The notes beneath the pieces are model-generated. The model ran no database searches and was not told the origin of the DNA. It saw only the letters and a program-made list of their open reading frames with translations. From an uncultured Candidatus Saccharibacteria bacterium (GTDB lineage Bacteria > Patescibacteriota > UBA1384 > DTJR01): a stretch of DNA of 64,000 nt. Position numbers and translations under genes: made by a program. Location of the stretch: positions 195,511-259,510 of the forward strand of contig CAZAOT010000002.1 in assembly GCA_964487045.1 (NCBI GenBank), written 5' to 3'. Of the stretch, positions 45,936-55,330 are shown one piece after another (position 1 is the first letter of the stretch; each line of letters starts with the position of its first letter).

Positions 45936-46379
45936 ATGAGTGATTATAGTAGAATTGCATTACAACTTAAAAGGAGATATATGAAGGGATTTAACGACAA
46001 CATAGAGAAGTCGACTCTTGAAAACGACAATTTTAGAAAGGTATTGTACACTGGCAAGCATAGCCAGTTGGTATTGATGAGTCTTAAGCCAAGCGAAGAC
46101 ATAGGGATGGAAACTCACGATGAAAATGATCAGTTTTTTAGGTTTGAATCAGGCACGGGAAAGGTTGTTATAGACGGCAACGAATACGAAGTATCAGATG
46201 GAAGCGCCGTAGTGGTACCAATGGGCGCCGAACACAATGTCATAAACACTTCAGATAGCGAGCCGTTAAAACTTTACACCATCTATTCCCCGGCACATCA
46301 CAAAGATGGAATTGTCCGAGCGACAAAGGAAGAAGCATCTCGAAATGAAGCCGAATTCGACGGCCAGACGACAGAATAA
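45936..46379 (+). CDS. Cupin-domain protein.
   Basis: 147 aa with a cupin_2 two-motif pattern (METHDENDQFFRFESGTG...AVVVPMGAEHNVIN). Confidence 0.6.
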   Translation: MSDYSRIALQLKRRYMKGFNDNIEKSTLENDNFRKVLYTGKHSQLVLMSLKPSEDIGMETHDENDQFFRFESGTGKVVIDGNEYEVSDGSAVVVPMGAEHNVINTSDSEPLKLYTIYSPAHHKDGIVRATKEEASRNEAEFDGQTTE

Positions 46380-46435
46380 TAAATCTAAATAAAACAAAAA
46401 GTGGGCCGACGGCCCACTTTTTGTTACCGACTAGT

Positions 46436-49400
46436 TTAGTCCCTTTTCTTGATGAAATAATAGGACAGTCCTCCGATTCCTACAAGTATAATCAAATGCC
46501 ACCATCTCCACCATCCGGCGTTTGAATTTTCAGCTGTATCGCCTTTGACAACTGGGGTTGGCTCGCTTGCCACACTATCTTCTTCCAAGTCTGCCTCTAT
46601 GCTTGAGTCTATATCCTGAGCAATTACAATATTTCCATTTTCTTCCAATAGATTTTCATCTTGTTTATTATCACTAACTTCAACCACTGTACTGGCTTGC
46701 GAAGCTGGCTCGGCACTTGTCTGATTTTCAGAGCTTGTTTCTTCTTCCGCAGGAACTAGCGGCTGCTCGGCTGGCTCTGCAACATAAATATTATTGATCG
46801 TAACAGTTCTAACTGTCTTGTTGCCCGCTTGATCAATAGCTGTGAAGTCAAATGAACCGTTTTTAGTAAATGTGTAAGACGGCTCATTTAATGTTCCTTC
46901 GTTTGTGGTTGCACTCACAATAATACTTTCGGTAGTAGGCTCGGTTGAATAATCGCTTATGGTAATAACTGGGGCAGTATTATCAACATTAATCTCCATT
47001 TCCGAAGTAGTTGTCTTGTTGCCCGCCTTGTCATAAATCACTGACCAAATCTTATGAGTTCCATCTTCAACTTTTGTCGTATCCCAGTCTACAGTATAGG
47101 GAGCGATAAAATCAGTACCGATGAGGGTTGGGGTGCTCGCGTGATAAAATTCGACTTTGTCGATACCGAGACCGTCATCCTCACCGCTTGTCACAAGCGA
47201 TACCAAGGACCTCATATAGCTCCCCGGCTCTATATCATTTATGGATCCCTTCGGAACATTCTTATCTATGTTTTCGATTTTTACTCTTTGGCGAGTCTGG
47301 TTGCCAAGTGAATCTGTAGCAACAAACTCAAATTCTCCGTTTGAAGTAAAGGTGTGCGAAGTGAAGTTCAGTGATCCCTCCTCTACTGATGCATATACTG
47401 TGATATCCTGATTAGTCGGAGTTAGTAAGTATGGAGCGATTGTAAGCTCAGGACCCACTTTGTCTATATTGGTTATAGTAATAGTTCTTGTTGTTACATT
47501 ACCAGCCGGATCAGTGGCTACAAAATCAAAGGTACCGTTTGAAGTAAATGTATAAGAGCTTTGATTTAAACTACCCTCATTTGAGCTTGCAGTAACTACA
47601 ACATCTTCGTTCGTTGGATCAGTCGTATAAGGATCTATTGTTATAACCGGCAGAGTATTATCAACCGAAGTTACAATAGTTGCTGAAGTTTTAACGTTAC
47701 CAGCCTTGTCGTAACCTATCGAGTAAAGATGATAGGCACCATCAGCAACCAACCTCGTATCCCAGTCGATAACATAAGGAGCAAGATTATCTTCAGAAAT
47801 TTTCCCTGTCTCAGTTGAATAGAATTCGACTTTATCTATTCCGCTTTCATTATCATGCACTTCGGCTTGAATAGCGATGGTTTGCTTCACAAAATTAAAA
47901 GGTTCAGGGGAAGTTATTGTAATTCCTTGTGGCTGCACCTTATCGATATTCTCAATAGAAACTATTTTTGAAGTAGTGTTGCCAGCCTCGTCGGTTGCGA
48001 CAAATTCAAATGATCCGTTTTCAGTAAATGTATGAGAGGTTTCATTAAGCCTTCCTTCATCTGTAGATGCGGTAACTACAATATCTTTATTTGTCGGGCC
48101 CTTTTCGTAGTCGCTCAGCGTGATAACCGGAGCCAGCCGGTCAATGTTTGTAATCGTTACTGTCTTTTGCGACTTATTTCCAACTGCGTCTATTGCTTCA
48201 AAATTGAATGAATCGTTTTGCGTGAATGTATATGTAGATTGATTCAGCGTTCCCTCGTTTATAGATGCAGTTACCTCAATATCCTTATTTGTCGGATTTG
48301 TTTCATATGGCAAGATCGTGATTACCGGTGCGGTTTTATCGATATTCGTGATAGTAACTGTTTTTGTTGTTTTATTGCCTGCTTCGTCGGTTGCCTCAAA
48401 ATCAAACGAGCCATTTTCAGTGAATGTATGTGATGTGTGATTAAGAGTTCCTTCGTTTGTCGATGCGTAAACAATTATGTCTTGATTGGTTGGATCTTGA
48501 TTGTATGAATCAATAGTAATAATTGGAGGTGTCGCATCGATTTTGAAATTAACCGAGCTCGTCTGACCGCTAACATTCGTAACCGTAATATTGTAGTCGC
48601 CATCCTCACTAACAGTCACTCCAGAAATTGCCGGCATTCCATTTAGCGACCCAAGACCATTATCCCAAGTAATAGTTTTGGCCGTATTGTAAAGTCCGCC
48701 GTCTTCAACTCCTGAAATAACTGGTGCGTTATAAATTGCTTTGTCGGTAGCGAGATAAATCTTCGAATCTTTAATGTAATAAACGAAGCGATTTGCGCCA
48801 TTGGTTGTAACCGAAGGATTCGATCCTAGGTTATCAATGTTTACCGGCGCTGAAAAACCTTCGCCAAAATTTTCGCTATAGTTCACACCAGAGTTGACAT
48901 ATGCGATTGCGACTGATGAATTGCTGGCGCTTATCGCTGGCGCAGAGCCAGCCACTAAATCGCTAGATACCCAAGCACCTCCGCTTATAAGACCATGTTT
49001 GATACCACCATAGAGCACATGTGCTCTGCCTAAAGCATCTATTGTTAGCGAATTTTTATAAAGTGCATAATTTCCTCCAAGATTGACCGAGGCTCCTGGA
49101 ATATTCGTATGATATTGCAAATCGTATCCTACATCATTTCCATTGGGCCAGCGCCAAATACTTGTATGCCAGAAGAGAAGATGATAATTGTCACTATCAT
49201 CAACAGAAATTGAAATAGGATGTTGGTTATAGTAAGCTGCTCCCCAAGAACCCGAAGACGAGTAATCTCGATAACCATTCCACCCAGCAATATATTCGAA
49301 TGTTCCGTTTATATTTGATGCATAAATAAGATCTATGTTACTATAATCGTCACCTGCATAATAAAAAGTTCTCATAAAGATATGCGCATTGCCGTTTGTG

Positions 49401-49801
49401 TCGGTATCAAGGTCGACATAACTTGCGTCAGTGCCGATGCCAACATTGACCTCGTTATCCCAGTCACCATTAAAAGTCTCATAGATAACCGATCCGGCAT
49501 TAATATATGCAACGTGGGGAACTCCTGAATTATCTATGGAGAGAGCGGGATTTGATCCTGAGCCGATGAGTACTTCAGCGTCTCGATTTTTGGTTAAATA
49601 AATACTTCCCGATCTTTCATATACCACAAATGTATTGCCTGAATTATCAGTAGCTGAATCGATGTTTGACCCAACAGCTATTTCATAATTGTTCGAAAGA
49701 GTGATAGGGTCAGCTGCTTTTGCTTCAAGAAAACCTACTAGTACGATCCCAAGAGAAAACATTGCAAGAACCAATATCGTCATTTTTATTTTAGAAATCA
49801 T
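46436..49801 (-). CDS. Giant cell-surface protein with an N-terminal beta-propeller-like region, about eight tandem ~90-aa Ig-like repeats and a C-terminal TM anchor.
   Basis: 1121 aa with a signal peptide. Repeats of the form ...IDKTAPVITI.PY.TNPTNKDI.VTAS.NEGTLN.S.YTFT.NGSF.F.A.D.AGN.T.KTVTI.NIDK. The C-terminus has an acidic/Ser-rich stalk and a WWRWWHLIILVGIGGLSYYFIKKRD anchor. Confidence 0.7.
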   Translation of the reverse strand: MISKIKMTILVLAMFSLGIVLVGFLEAKAADPITLSNNYEIAVGSNIDSATDNSGNTFVVYERSGSIYLTKNRDAEVLIGSGSNPALSIDNSGVPHVAYINAGSVIYETFNGDWDNEVNVGIGTDASYVDLDTDTNGNAHIFMRTFYYAGDDYSNIDLIYASNINGTFEYIAGWNGYRDYSSSGSWGAAYYNQHPISISVDDSDNYHLLFWHTSIWRWPNGNDVGYDLQYHTNIPGASVNLGGNYALYKNSLTIDALGRAHVLYGGIKHGLISGGAWVSSDLVAGSAPAISASNSSVAIAYVNSGVNYSENFGEGFSAPVNIDNLGSNPSVTTNGANRFVYYIKDSKIYLATDKAIYNAPVISGVEDGGLYNTAKTITWDNGLGSLNGMPAISGVTVSEDGDYNITVTNVSGQTSSVNFKIDATPPIITIDSYNQDPTNQDIIVYASTNEGTLNHTSHTFTENGSFDFEATDEAGNKTTKTVTITNIDKTAPVITILPYETNPTNKDIEVTASINEGTLNQSTYTFTQNDSFNFEAIDAVGNKSQKTVTITNIDRLAPVITLSDYEKGPTNKDIVVTASTDEGRLNETSHTFTENGSFEFVATDEAGNTTSKIVSIENIDKVQPQGITITSPEPFNFVKQTIAIQAEVHDNESGIDKVEFYSTETGKISEDNLAPYVIDWDTRLVADGAYHLYSIGYDKAGNVKTSATIVTSVDNTLPVITIDPYTTDPTNEDVVVTASSNEGSLNQSSYTFTSNGTFDFVATDPAGNVTTRTITITNIDKVGPELTIAPYLLTPTNQDITVYASVEEGSLNFTSHTFTSNGEFEFVATDSLGNQTRQRVKIENIDKNVPKGSINDIEPGSYMRSLVSLVTSGEDDGLGIDKVEFYHASTPTLIGTDFIAPYTVDWDTTKVEDGTHKIWSVIYDKAGNKTTTSEMEINVDNTAPVITISDYSTEPTTESIIVSATTNEGTLNEPSYTFTKNGSFDFTAIDQAGNKTVRTVTINNIYVAEPAEQPLVPAEEETSSENQTSAEPASQASTVVEVSDNKQDENLLEENGNIVIAQDIDSSIEADLEEDSVASEPTPVVKGDTAENSNAGWWRWWHLIILVGIGGLSYYFIKKRD

Positions 49802-49885
49802 AAAATCTCCTTATTTATGGCTACTTAGCAATATATCAATAAATTTTCAAATAGCAAAAGTTTTTTAGAAAAGCTGATTACTCAT

Positions 49886-49960
49886 GAATGGCATTAAAAA
49901 AACTCTTTTTCAGGGTAAAATATCAAAAATGGAACGGGAATGGCTAGATTGTTAGAAAAA
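49886..49960 (+). repeat. Degenerate copy of the tRNA-cluster promoter plus the first ~23 nt of tRNA-Pro (copy 1; copy 2 at 51810-51884).
   Basis: aatggcattaaaaaaactctttttcagggtaaaatatcaaaaatggaacgggaatggctagattgttaga versus aatggcattgaaaaaaactctttttcagggtaaaatatcaaagatggaacggggcgtggctcaattggtaga. Confidence 0.6.
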
Positions 49961-49991
49961 AATTAAAAGATGGGTTCGGTCCATCTTTTAA
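49954..49991. terminator. Bidirectional hairpin terminator (agatgg-gttcggt-ccatct) flanked by A- and T-runs.
   Basis: aaaaaaattaaaagatgggttcggtccatcttttaattt. It would serve the minus-strand DedA-like gene ending at 50010. Confidence 0.5.
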
Positions 49992-50009
49992 TTTGAACAA
50001 ATTTGCTAA

Positions 50010-50591
50010 TTAAAAGGTTATTGCCAAGTCGATAACGAAGAATATGCCTACAATATTAAGTGCAAAAGTTACTAACAAAAACTGCCAAGTTTTGATCTTG
50101 GAAATCCCCATTAGCGAGATTCCAACTTCATCTGGGATAATCGGGACTAAAATCACTGCTGCGCCAAAAATTGGAATTATCCAAGAAAAATAAGGACTTG
50201 CAAATATCATCCTTATCAAAGATCTTTTTTTAAACCTAAACAGTGGGGCAATCTCTTCAAAGACGTGATTTTTCATAAATCTCAAGATAAGCAGATCCCC
50301 GATAGCTGCTCCAGAAGAAGCAGCGATTGCAATCCAGACAGGATTCAACAGAGAATTAGAAAATTCAAAAAGAATTGCCGAGGCAGGTACGACAGTGAAT
50401 ATTGAGACGAACAAAATGCCAGATAAAAAAGCACCGAGATAACCAAGTGAACCAATTTTCGCAACGAAGTATTGAATTGCGGGCGTCTCTATAAAATAAA
50501 AAAACAAAGCAATAGCAATAATAAGCAAAAAAGTATTTTTATATTGCCAATTTTTCCACCTTTTCCTCAGATTTTTTTCTATCTCGTGCAT
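50010..50591 (-). CDS. DedA/TVP38-TMEM64 (VTT-domain) family membrane protein.
   Basis: 193 aa, polytopic. The hydrophobic pattern and GAAIGDLLILRF/IPDEVG motifs suit the DedA family. Assignment tentative. Confidence 0.5.
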   Translation of the reverse strand: MHEIEKNLRKRWKNWQYKNTFLLIIAIALFFYFIETPAIQYFVAKIGSLGYLGAFLSGILFVSIFTVVPASAILFEFSNSLLNPVWIAIAASSGAAIGDLLILRFMKNHVFEEIAPLFRFKKRSLIRMIFASPYFSWIIPIFGAAVILVPIIPDEVGISLMGISKIKTWQFLLVTFALNIVGIFFVIDLAITF

Positions 50592-50598
50592 TTCTATT

Positions 50599-50961
50599 TT
50601 ATTCCTTGTCAGAACAGGGATGGCAGATCATCCCTGCATCATCTTCTGACAAATTTTGGCATTCCCAACAATCAATCTTAACTTCACGAGCCTCGCTGAT
50701 AATACTAATTGCTCGGCCCTCGGTCAGCGCTAGAGTAATTTTTTGACAGGCTTCGGTTAGAATCCGCTGATAAGTACTTTGCGAAATCCCCATCTTAATC
50801 GCTGCAGCTTCTTGACCAAGACCCTCAAGACTCCTAAGGCGTAAAGACTCCAATTCACTATCAGTTAAGTAAACTATCTGATTTTCAGAATATTCTCCCT
50901 GAGGCTTGAAAAGTCTTATTTTTGGATGCTTGCTAATATGGCAATGTTTTTTGGGTCTCAT
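50599..50961 (-). CDS. DUF134 (UPF0251) DNA-binding protein with a C-terminal Cys cluster. Paralogue of 27064-27582.
   Basis: MRPKKHCHISKHP...FKPQG...LSLEGLGQEAAAIKMGISQSTYQRIL plus C-terminal CWEC...CHPC. Confidence 0.65.
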   Translation of the reverse strand: MRPKKHCHISKHPKIRLFKPQGEYSENQIVYLTDSELESLRLRSLEGLGQEAAAIKMGISQSTYQRILTEACQKITLALTEGRAISIISEAREVKIDCWECQNLSEDDAGMICHPCSDKE

Positions 50962-50971
50962 CTATCTTATT

Positions 50972-51706
50972 TTACTGTGCCGTCCAGCCACCGTCTACAT
51001 TTAGTATTTCTCCCGTAATATATTCTGCCTCGTCAGAAGCTAGGTATAAAGCGGCATTGGCAATATCTTCAGGTTTACCGACATATCCCATGGGTGTAGC
51101 TGAAGTAACTAGATTATTGAAATCTTGGCTAGTCAAAGCCTCATCCGTCATGTTAGTTTTAATGAAACCTGGTGCGATACCGTTTACCCTAACTTTTGAA
51201 GTCGCAAGCTCCATAGCTGCAGCCCGAGTCAGCTGAACTGCTCCGCCTTTTGCCGCACAGTAAGCAATTGCACCGTTAAATCCTACTCGGCCGAGTATGG
51301 AGCACATATTAATAATCGAACCTTCAACTTTATTTCTAACCATTGAATTGGCAGCCGCTCGCATAGTCTTAAATACTCCAGATAGATTCACTTCTATAAC
51401 TTTGTTCCAAGTTGAATCATCGGTGTCCAAGACAGTACCCATATTGCCAATGCCTGCATTACAGACAGCAATATCAACTTTTCCGAACTTCTCTTCTGCT
51501 TTTTTAAACAAATCTTCCACCTCATCTGTTTTTGTAACATCACACTTTATAAACGATCGGTGATTTTCTTTTTCCGATAAAAAATCCGGTTTATTTATAT
51601 CGGAATATATGACCTTCGCTCCTTCTTTTGCAAATCTGTCCGCAATTGCTTTGCCAATTCCAGAGTTAGCTCCTGTTACAACTGCCACTTTATCTTTTAG
51701 ACGCAT
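50972..51706 (-). CDS. SDR-family oxidoreductase (FabG-like 3-oxoacyl-ACP reductase).
   Basis: TGANSGIGKAIA Rossmann motif, NAG motif (CNAGIG), catalytic S...YxxxK (YCAAKGG). Confidence 0.85.
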   Translation of the reverse strand: MRLKDKVAVVTGANSGIGKAIADRFAKEGAKVIYSDINKPDFLSEKENHRSFIKCDVTKTDEVEDLFKKAEEKFGKVDIAVCNAGIGNMGTVLDTDDSTWNKVIEVNLSGVFKTMRAAANSMVRNKVEGSIINMCSILGRVGFNGAIAYCAAKGGAVQLTRAAAMELATSKVRVNGIAPGFIKTNMTDEALTSQDFNNLVTSATPMGYVGKPEDIANAALYLASDEAEYITGEILNVDGGWTAQ

Positions 51707-51817
51707 AGAACCTCCTTTATTTTGAATATATACCCATAATATAAGAAATATTTTTTAAGTCAATAACCTTTTTTTTCGCCTACAAATTCGGATATAGTCA
51801 CTAAGCTTGAAATGGCA

Positions 51818-51846
51818 TTGAAAAAAACTCTTTTTCAGGGTAAAAT
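51818..51846 (+). promoter_or_regulatory. Sigma70-like promoter TTGAAA-17-TAAAAT driving the tRNA-Pro/Gly/Arg cluster.
   Basis: TTGAAA at 51818-51823, a 17-nt spacer, TAAAAT at 51841-51846. tRNA-Pro begins 14 nt downstream. Confidence 0.55.
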
Positions 51847-51859
51847 ATCAAAGATGGAA

Positions 51860-51935
51860 CGGGGCGTGGCTCAATTGGTAGAGTGCCGGCTTTGGGAGCC
51901 GGAGGTTCCGAGTTCGAGTCTCGGCGCCCCGACCA
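51860..51935 (+). tRNA. tRNA-Pro(TGG).
   Basis: Acceptor CGGGGCG/CGCCCCG. Anticodon stem CCGGC/GCCGG with loop TTTGGGA (anticodon TGG). T-arm CCGAG-TTCGAGT-CTCGG. CCA is encoded. Confidence 0.8.
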
Positions 51936-52010
51936 AACTTCATTCCTTCGGAATTTCGCTTGGCGAGCCAGATCATTTGCGGGCCCGCCCTGCCGAAGCT
52001 TTAAGCGAAG

Positions 52011-52085
52011 GCGGGTATAGTATAGTGGTTATTATGCGAGTTTTCCAAACTCGAGATGCGGGTTCGATTCCCGCTACCCGCTCCA
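52011..52085 (+). tRNA. tRNA-Gly(TCC).
   Basis: Acceptor GCGGGTA/TACCCGC. Anticodon stem CGAGT/ACTCG with loop TTTCCAA (anticodon TCC). T-arm GCGGG-TTCGATT-CCCGC. CCA is encoded. The D-stem is weak (3 bp). Confidence 0.7.
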
Positions 52086-52130
52086 GAAAAAATTACTCAG
52101 TAATTTTTGAGGTGGAGCGATCGGGAATTG

Positions 52131-52215
52131 AAAGGCGGAGGCCGACGGGCCGAGCCGGGGTCGAGCGCGATTTCAGCAGAAATCGACGCGTGACCGATTC
52201 CCGCTACCCGCTCCA
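52131..52215 (+). repeat. Conserved tRNA-associated element, copy 3 of 3. Ends with a 21-nt duplicate of the tRNA-Gly 3' end.
   Basis: aaaggcggaggccgacgggccgagccggggtcgagcg-cgatttcagcagaaatcg-acgcgtgaccgattcccgctacccgctcca. The last 21 nt repeat 52065-52085. The 152-aa ORF predicted across this tRNA region is rejected. Confidence 0.55.
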
Positions 52216-52231
52216 AAAAAGAAGGAAATAT

Positions 52232-52308
52232 GCGCCCTTAGCTCAGATGGATAGAGCGACTCCCTTCTAAGGAGTAGGTCGCAGGTTCGAATCCTGCAGG
52301 GCGTACCA
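52232..52308 (+). tRNA. tRNA-Arg(TCT).
   Basis: Acceptor GCGCCCT/AGGGCGT (G1-U72). Anticodon stem ACTCC/GGAGT with loop CTTCTAA (anticodon TCT). T-arm GCAGG-TTCGAAT-CCTGC. CCA is encoded. Confidence 0.8.
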
Positions 52309-52426
52309 GATAAGTTGGTTCTAGGCGACCGGAATGCCGTCATCGCCAAAAATCAACAGGTTGGCATCAAAAATAAAAAAATGGCTTGAAGCCATTTTTT
52401 TATTTTGCCCTCTGCTGGAATCGAAC

Positions 52427-53773
52427 CTAACGAATTACCGAGATCTTCTTATCTTTCAAACTCATCTTAATTTTCAAACAGTTTAGGAGTTCTCGTTTTT
52501 CTTCACGAGACCCCTCACGAAGTACGAACTTTGAGTAATCTCTTAGATCCACTTTATTTTCTAAGTCCCTACTGACTTTCTGCTTTAATATTTTTGACAT
52601 AAATCTTTCATATCGTTCAATCTCGCTGTTGAGATGTTTTTGAGTGTTTAACGAATCGATATTGACTTGATCGATAATTTCACAAATTTGATCGGTCACA
52701 TCTTCTTCGCGAATGTAGGGCTGTTTACAGTCGCGATCTTTTCCACCAGTGCAATGATAGTAGACATATCTTCGAATTACTCCGTTGTCTTGCCGTTTGA
52801 ACTTCTCTTCGGCCGTCACGCCAGAACCACATACACCGCAGTAAATTAACTTAGTGAAATCGAATTCTTTGGTTCCTGGACGAGATTTAGGAATAATTGC
52901 CAATCTTGCCTGAACTTTATCAAATAGTTCCTTGGTAATGATCGATTCATGTCCGGCTTGATACCAAACGCCCGATCCCTTTGGATATTCGAAAGAGCCG
53001 TAATAATAATGATTGTTTAAAATTGCATAAACCGAGCTCAACACAACTAACCGACCTTGTCTGCTCCTAAAATCTATTGAGTTAAGCCAGCCGAGTACTG
53101 TTCTACCGCTTTCCCCATGGGAAACCCTTTCAAATATTTCTTTAATTATCGGAGCTCTTTCAGGATCTAAGAATATTTTCTTATAGCCTTTTTTACCACC
53201 AATTTCATTCAAGTAACCAAGCGGTGGAGCGCATGGTCTAAATCCCATCTCACATTTGGCCTTGAGCCCTCTTTTTACGTTAATGACTTTATTATCATTT
53301 TCTAACTTTGCCTGGCTTCCTAGAATCATCAACAAGAATTTATCGTTCGGTGAATTTGTAAACGTCTGATTAATTGTTCTGATTTCCAATAAATAATTCT
53401 GGTCCATCAGATCTACTAAAGTACCGAGATCGCCCGCGTTCCTACTTAAACGGTCTGGAGCCCAAGCAAGGATACCTTGAATTTTGTCTTCTCTAATATC
53501 TTTGATAATCGACATAAAAACAGGCCGTTCGCCTGAATTCTTTGCTGAATGACTTTCTTTTCTTATGTCAGCCACCTCCAAACCGTCTCTATCAGCAACC
53601 GTTAGCATTTCTTTCAACTGAGAATCAATCGACAAGGCTTGCAATTCGTCCCTCTCTGTCGATTTTCTTGCGTAAAGACAGAACTTGATCTTCTTATTTC
53701 CGGGCAATGTAGCTTCCATAGCAGAGAGGAAGGTACCGCAAGTGTTAGTTAAGTCAAGCAAAAACCCTTCCAT
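52427..53773 (-). CDS. Large serine recombinase (integrase) adjacent to the tRNA cluster.
   Basis: 448 aa. Resolvase catalytic domain (CLYARKSTERDELQALSIDSQ...DRLSRN), a recombinase domain and a zinc ribbon (CGVCGSGVTAE...YVYYHC). Confidence 0.85.
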   Translation of the reverse strand: MEGFLLDLTNTCGTFLSAMEATLPGNKKIKFCLYARKSTERDELQALSIDSQLKEMLTVADRDGLEVADIRKESHSAKNSGERPVFMSIIKDIREDKIQGILAWAPDRLSRNAGDLGTLVDLMDQNYLLEIRTINQTFTNSPNDKFLLMILGSQAKLENDNKVINVKRGLKAKCEMGFRPCAPPLGYLNEIGGKKGYKKIFLDPERAPIIKEIFERVSHGESGRTVLGWLNSIDFRSRQGRLVVLSSVYAILNNHYYYGSFEYPKGSGVWYQAGHESIITKELFDKVQARLAIIPKSRPGTKEFDFTKLIYCGVCGSGVTAEEKFKRQDNGVIRRYVYYHCTGGKDRDCKQPYIREEDVTDQICEIIDQVNIDSLNTQKHLNSEIERYERFMSKILKQKVSRDLENKVDLRDYSKFVLREGSREEKRELLNCLKIKMSLKDKKISVIR

Positions 53774-53840
53774 ACCTGTTAGCTTGGTGCTATGATTGAG
53801 CTAAATTGGTGTGATTCTTTATTAAAATTCAGAAAATTAA

Positions 53841-55328
53841 ATGACTAAGATAGAGCTATCCAAATTAGAACAACATATCTCAAAAGCTGCATGGATATTA
53901 AAGGGTCCAGTAGATGCTGCCGATTTCAAGGTTTATATTTTTCCTTTACTTTTCTTCAAACGAATTTCTGATGTCTATGATGAAGAATATATTCATATGC
54001 TCGAAGAATCTGGTGGCGACGATAGTTATGCCAAACTTGAGGAATTTCATCGTTTTGTAATTCCAGATGACTGCCACTGGGAAGATGTTCGATCAAAAAC
54101 CGTAAATGTCGGGCAAGCCCTTCAGTATGCATTCCGCGAGATCGAGAAGGCTAATCAGAAGTTTCTCTATGGTATCTTCGGTGACGCTCAATGGTCAAAT
54201 AAAGAAAAGCTTTCCGATAGCTTACTGATAGACCTGATAGAGCATTTCTCAAAAGTAAACCTCTCCACATCGAATGTAGATTCCGATATTCTTGGCCAAT
54301 CATACGAGTACCTTATCAAACAATTCGCTGATTTGACGAATAAAAAAGCAGGAGAATTCTATACACCACGTTCGGTTGTGCATCTGATGGGTAGAATAAT
54401 AGATCCAAAAGAAGGTGAATCAATCTACGATCCTGCGTGTGGTACCGGAGGGATGCTCCTGGAATGTGTAGAAGATCTCCGAAGAGAAAACAAAGATCCA
54501 AGAACTTTGAAAATATACGGGCAAGAAAAGAATTTGACTACCGCCTCGATAGCTCGGATAAATATGTTTTTACATGGCGTAGAAGATTTTAAAATAGTCC
54601 GTGGCGATACTCTTAGGAATCCTGCATTTTATGATGGCGATCAACTAGCCACATTCGATTGCGTAATAGCTAATCCACCATTCTCACTTAAAAAATGGGG
54701 TGATGATCTATGGATTAAGGACCCTTATGGAAGGAATTTTGCCGGGGTGCCACCGACTGGAAACGGCGATCTCGCTTGGGTTCAACATATGATTAAATCC
54801 ATGGCATTTCCACACGGAAGAATTGCAGTTGTATTGCCTCATGGCGCACTATTTAGAAAGGGTCGTGAAGGAGAAATTCGCAAGGCTATTCTAAAAATGG
54901 ATATTTTAAAAGCTGTGATTGGTCTTGGACCCAATATTTTTTATGGGGCTGGTATATCTGCATCAATCCTTATTTTTAAGGCAAACAAATCCGTAGATGA
55001 GAAAGGCAAAGTATTATTTATTGACGCATCCGATCAAATTCGGGTTGGGCGGGCTCAAAACTATTTGGAAGAAAAACATTCAAATCAAATTTATGATTGG
55101 TATTCAAATTTTGCAGAAGTTAAGAATAGTGTGCATTGCGCCACATTAGAGGAAATAGAAAAGAATGATTTCTCTCTGAACATACCATTATATGTAGAGA
55201 AAATTGTTGAAGACGATCTACCTTCAATTGATGAGGCGACTAATCAGCTGAAAGCATCAATGGATGAAATGTGGAAGGCAGAAGACAAGCTAAAAGAATT
55301 GCTTAAGGAATTTTCTTTGATGGAATAA
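53841..55328 (+). CDS. hsdM: Type I restriction-modification system methyltransferase subunit HsdM (copy 1).
   Basis: HsdM N-terminal domain, SAM motif I (DPACGTGGML) and catalytic motif IV NPPFS. 495 aa. Confidence 0.85.
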   Translation: MTKIELSKLEQHISKAAWILKGPVDAADFKVYIFPLLFFKRISDVYDEEYIHMLEESGGDDSYAKLEEFHRFVIPDDCHWEDVRSKTVNVGQALQYAFREIEKANQKFLYGIFGDAQWSNKEKLSDSLLIDLIEHFSKVNLSTSNVDSDILGQSYEYLIKQFADLTNKKAGEFYTPRSVVHLMGRIIDPKEGESIYDPACGTGGMLLECVEDLRRENKDPRTLKIYGQEKNLTTASIARINMFLHGVEDFKIVRGDTLRNPAFYDGDQLATFDCVIANPPFSLKKWGDDLWIKDPYGRNFAGVPPTGNGDLAWVQHMIKSMAFPHGRIAVVLPHGALFRKGREGEIRKAILKMDILKAVIGLGPNIFYGAGISASILIFKANKSVDEKGKVLFIDASDQIRVGRAQNYLEEKHSNQIYDWYSNFAEVKNSVHCATLEEIEKNDFSLNIPLYVEKIVEDDLPSIDEATNQLKASMDEMWKAEDKLKELLKEFSLME

Positions 55329-55330
55329 TT

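Noticed and set aside
52131-52215. The repeated tRNA-adjacent element as an additional true tRNA gene
   Set aside because: No acceptor-stem partner exists for its tRNA-like 3' end and the upstream part cannot form D and anticodon arms. It is a duplicated 3' fragment fused to a conserved non-tRNA sequence.
51812-52270. 152-aa plus-strand ORF spanning tRNA-Pro, tRNA-Gly and the tRNA-associated repeat
   Set aside because: It reads straight through three hand-folded tRNA genes, so it is not coding.
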